From positions 2,170,001-2,234,000 of the forward strand of contig OZ287073.1 in NCBI GenBank assembly GCA_965645245.1: a DNA stretch of 64,000 nucleotides, written 5' to 3'. The DNA comes from Massalongia carnosa. Lineage: Eukaryota. Under the pieces are notes generated by a model, which searched no databases, had not been told where the DNA came from, and was given only the letters and a program-made list of their open reading frames with translations. Of this stretch, positions 60,948-64,000 are shown in pieces. Positions within the stretch are counted from its first letter, which is position 1. Every line of letters starts with the position of its first letter. The position numbers were made by a program, and so were the translations under genes.

Positions 60948-61328
60948 GATTCCGCCGTCAACTTGATTTTTGATGATTTTTGAGGTTAAGCCAAAAATTT
61001 GTATGAGCGCGCACCAAAATAAGCCGGATCTGACAAAATAACAGAGTTTTGCGCTCAGACGTGCCGCCCGTAGCATGCGTAGTCAGCTAAAGGGCCGCTA
61101 ACCCGAAGGGGCTTAGCGAAATAGGCTAACCCGGAGGGGCTTAGCCGGCTCATATAGCCACGCACGTCTGAAGTACTGAGGCAAGCTCTAGCTGTTAGTC
61201 GCATAGTGTTAGTAAGCAAGAACATTAAAATTTGTTTACTTTCTACCTCAAAACATCACCATTATTATCATTAGAAAAATTAATCTCCTTACCATCAATT
61301 GCCATCATATTATATTTTATCTAGCGTC

Positions 61329-62108
61329 ATGGGACTAAATGAAGAAGAAATTCCGAGTGTTTCAGACAAATCCCCCGTTTCAGCAAAGCAACATAGGATA
61401 AATAGCAAAGGCACTGTTAAAAGCATCTTGGCTGACATTCCTCCTCCTCTTTCGAGTTACAAAACCATTTCAATTGATGATAGACCTCTAAGAGCGCTGG
61501 TGAATGGTCTTGTTGATACTCCTCTTGGATTTTTTCAGCTCCTTATTACGACTCAGCTCTGTCGGACCATCACATATCACACGAACATCAAGGCTCACGA
61601 TCATACAGAGAAAGAAAAGGAGAATAATCATCGCCCATGGTATGACACCATTGGACCAGAAATTGAGGTTTTTTTGGGCATTCTTTTGTTTATTGGCATG
61701 GATCATGCGCCTGCCACGGAAGATTACTGGAATCAATGCCCCGACAAGCCCATTTTCCTATCTATTTTACAAGCCATGTCCCTCGTACGATTGCAACAAA
61801 TCAAGAGATTCTTAAAGCTTAATAATGGACGTACAGAACCTCCGCGCATGGGCAAAGGAGTCGATTGGTGGAAGAAGTTGGAACCTCTTGCTACTGATTT
61901 TCGTCAGGCCTCGTTGAAGTACTATCAACCAGGAAGCATCATATCAATTGATGAGCAGCTTATTAAATTCGAAGGTCGATCACGTCATACTCTACAAATA
62001 ACCTCAAAGCAGGCTGGAAAGGGATTTAAAATATATAGTCTTTGTCAGAATAACTACTTGATATCTTTTTTGTTTGCCTCCAAAGTTAGTATCTTTCTAA
62101 AAAATTAA
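61329..62108 (+). pseudogene. piggyBac transposase, N-terminal part, interrupted downstream by a Copia
   Basis: EIEVFLGILL..G, DYW, MSLVRLQQIKRFL, SIDEQLIKFEGR, GKGFKIYSLC. Probable intron donor GTTAGT near 62084. Confidence 0.85.
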
Positions 62109-62241
62109 ACCTCATTTTCCCTTTTTGATCTCTGAATCGTGATCTCTTTCGGACAAAAATTCCATGAAACCTTGTGTTTTTGCTGTAAAAACCCTCTGTT
62201 TTCTGTCGCTTTTCCCAACATAAACTGCAATGATTAACACG

Positions 62242-64000
62242 TATCAGGTCACAAAAATCAGTATGGAGATCTGAGAGATCATAGGATGGGTTGAAGTAGA
62301 GACTGAGTTTATTGAACTACTGAGCTCGATAGAGCAGAATATATAGCTCAAATGATAACTAAGTACACATGTGAAAGGGGACATACAGAGGACATGTGAA
62401 AGGGGACATGTCGAGTACATGTGATCGAGCATGTGAAAGAGTGAGATTATTCCGGCTGATACACCCCCCCAGGTTGCAGAGAGTAGTAGCGAACGGAAAG
62501 CTGTAAGGCATGCGAACAAAACGAAGGAGATGAAAAGCATTCGTGGAGCGTATGAGCGATTACGACGTGAGTAATGATCATTGTCAAGTATCAGTGGAAG
62601 TGGGATAAGGCTGTGAGACGTTGCGTTGATCGCCGATATCCTCAAGACTGAGCTGGGCCATGAAGACAGCGTGGTTCTGTCGCGAAAGGATCTTCGTGAA
62701 GCCGTCGGCTGGCATCTGATTTGTTTTTATCCATTTCACGTTGATCTCATCGCGTTGGACGGCTTGACGGAGCCACATCTGATGGATGTCGACGTGCTTG
62801 AGTTTCGTCTGAAGCTTCTCAGTAGTCTTGTTGACTACTCCGACCGTTTGAGCGTTGTCACAGTAGATCGTGGGCTTGATGTCGGGATCGAAGTCAAGTT
62901 GCTTGAAGAGATTGTTCCACCAGATGAGCTCGGAGCCTGTGCGAGAAAGAGCGTAGAGTTCGGCCTCAGTGGTGGATTTGGATACCGTGCGTTGCTTGGT
63001 TGCCTTCCAGTCAATTGGCAGCTTGAAGAGTTTGAAGATGTATCCATCAGAGCTGGCTCTAGAGACAGGATCGTCGGCAAAGGAAGCGTCAGAGGCACCG
63101 AAAAAGCGTGGTTCAGTGAAGGCGAGATCTAATTCATCGTCCTCGGAGTGAGGAGCAATCCAGGAGTGGCTTTCGTTGATACTTTCGTCAGCGGAGGCCT
63201 TCATGGCGGTAGTGTACGTTTTCCAGAGGAAGCGCCATGACTGAGTGATCTGGCCGAGGTGCTTCGGGCCAGGAAATGTGAGGTAGCGTGAGAGTACGCT
63301 GTGGGACTTGGAGACGTCAGGTCTTGTTTGAGCTGACAGGAAGCCAAGGGAGCCAACAAGTTCTTGATAGACAGCTTGTAGCTTAAGGTCAATGGGGCCG
63401 ATGAAGGGCTCAAGCTGTTCATCACTCATAGGACAGTCTGGGAGAGAGGTGACACCTTTGAGCAGGTCGTACTTCTTCACCACTTGTTCGATGAATGAGT
63501 CCTGAACAAGCCACGTGTGCTTGAGATCGTTGCTGCGTACGACGCGGATGCCGAGAAACCAGTTGAGTTGACCCATAGAGCGGAGCTTGAAGCGGTCTTT
63601 GAGACGCGATTCGAAGTTCTTGTGAGCATGGAGTCGGCTGGGATGAACTAGTACAACGATATCGTCGACGTAGAAGAAGACGATGAGGTCGTTGCTGACG
63701 AACAGGCAGGGCGTGTTGGGGATCGGACGTAATCCCATCTCAGCGAGAGACTTGGTGAATGTGCTGTACCAGAGTTGTGGAGCGTCGCGGAGGCCGTAGA
63801 GGGCTCGTTTGAGACGGAGGATCCGGCCGAGCTGGTCGACAAAGCCTTCAGGCGTGTGGACGTAGACTAGTCGGTCAAGCAAAGCGTTCAAGAAGGCGTT
63901 CATGGCATCGTACTGATACATGAGCAGCCCAAAGCGTGTGGCGAGTGCGATAAGAGCGCGGAAAACTCGAGTAGCAAGCGTAGCTGCGTAGGTCTCACCC
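62242..64000 (-). mobile_element. Ty1/Copia retrotransposon 3' part (RT, RNase H, PPT, probable 3' LTR 62242-62461)
   Basis: ORF 62584 to window end: DAMNAFLN, ALYGL, FYVDDIV, SDASFADD, STTEAEL, MPADGFTK. G-rich PPT at 62462-62470. Confidence 0.92.

Larger units (their letters stand above)
45134..61183. mobile_element. AcademH-type DNA transposon (transposase + RecQ-like helicase) with nested insertions
   Basis: ~130-bp imperfect TIRs TGCCTCAGT...GAGCGCAAAACTC. 10-bp duplication AGCTCTAGCT (61184-61193; the left copy is split by the MITE). Two convergent genes. Confidence 0.85.

Noticed and set aside
1..64000. Starship-type giant element or prokaryotic defence system
   Set aside because: No tyrosine-recombinase captain, operon structure, Cas genes or arrays were recognised. 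No tRNA or rRNA genes were recognised either.

Overview
Eukaryotic DNA, most likely from a filamentous ascomycete (GT-AG introns with CTAAC/CTGAC branch sites, fungal TE families, scattered RIP-like CpA/TpG to TpA stop codons). Over 90% of the window is a deeply nested transposon cluster. DNA transposons: several pogo/Fot1 elements, a Tigger-like element, a Tc1-like element with a CTG target duplication, a hAT, three MITEs, a piggyBac fragment, and a 16-kb TIR element with a DUF6589-like transposase and a RecQ-like helicase (AcademH type; about 6 kb once nested insertions are removed). Retroelements: a Tad1-like LINE, three Copia elements (one GalEa-like), two Ty3/Gypsy elements (one apparently intact) and nine solo LTRs. 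The only host island is ~36.0-41.37 kb. It holds a small membrane-protein ORF and a patatin-NB-ARC-TPR NLR-type immune gene. The ORF track splits the NLR, but it can be spliced into one 1307-aa frame through two 31-nt micro-exons. All calls come from motif, TIR/LTR/TSD and reading-frame inspection by eye; no database searches were run.
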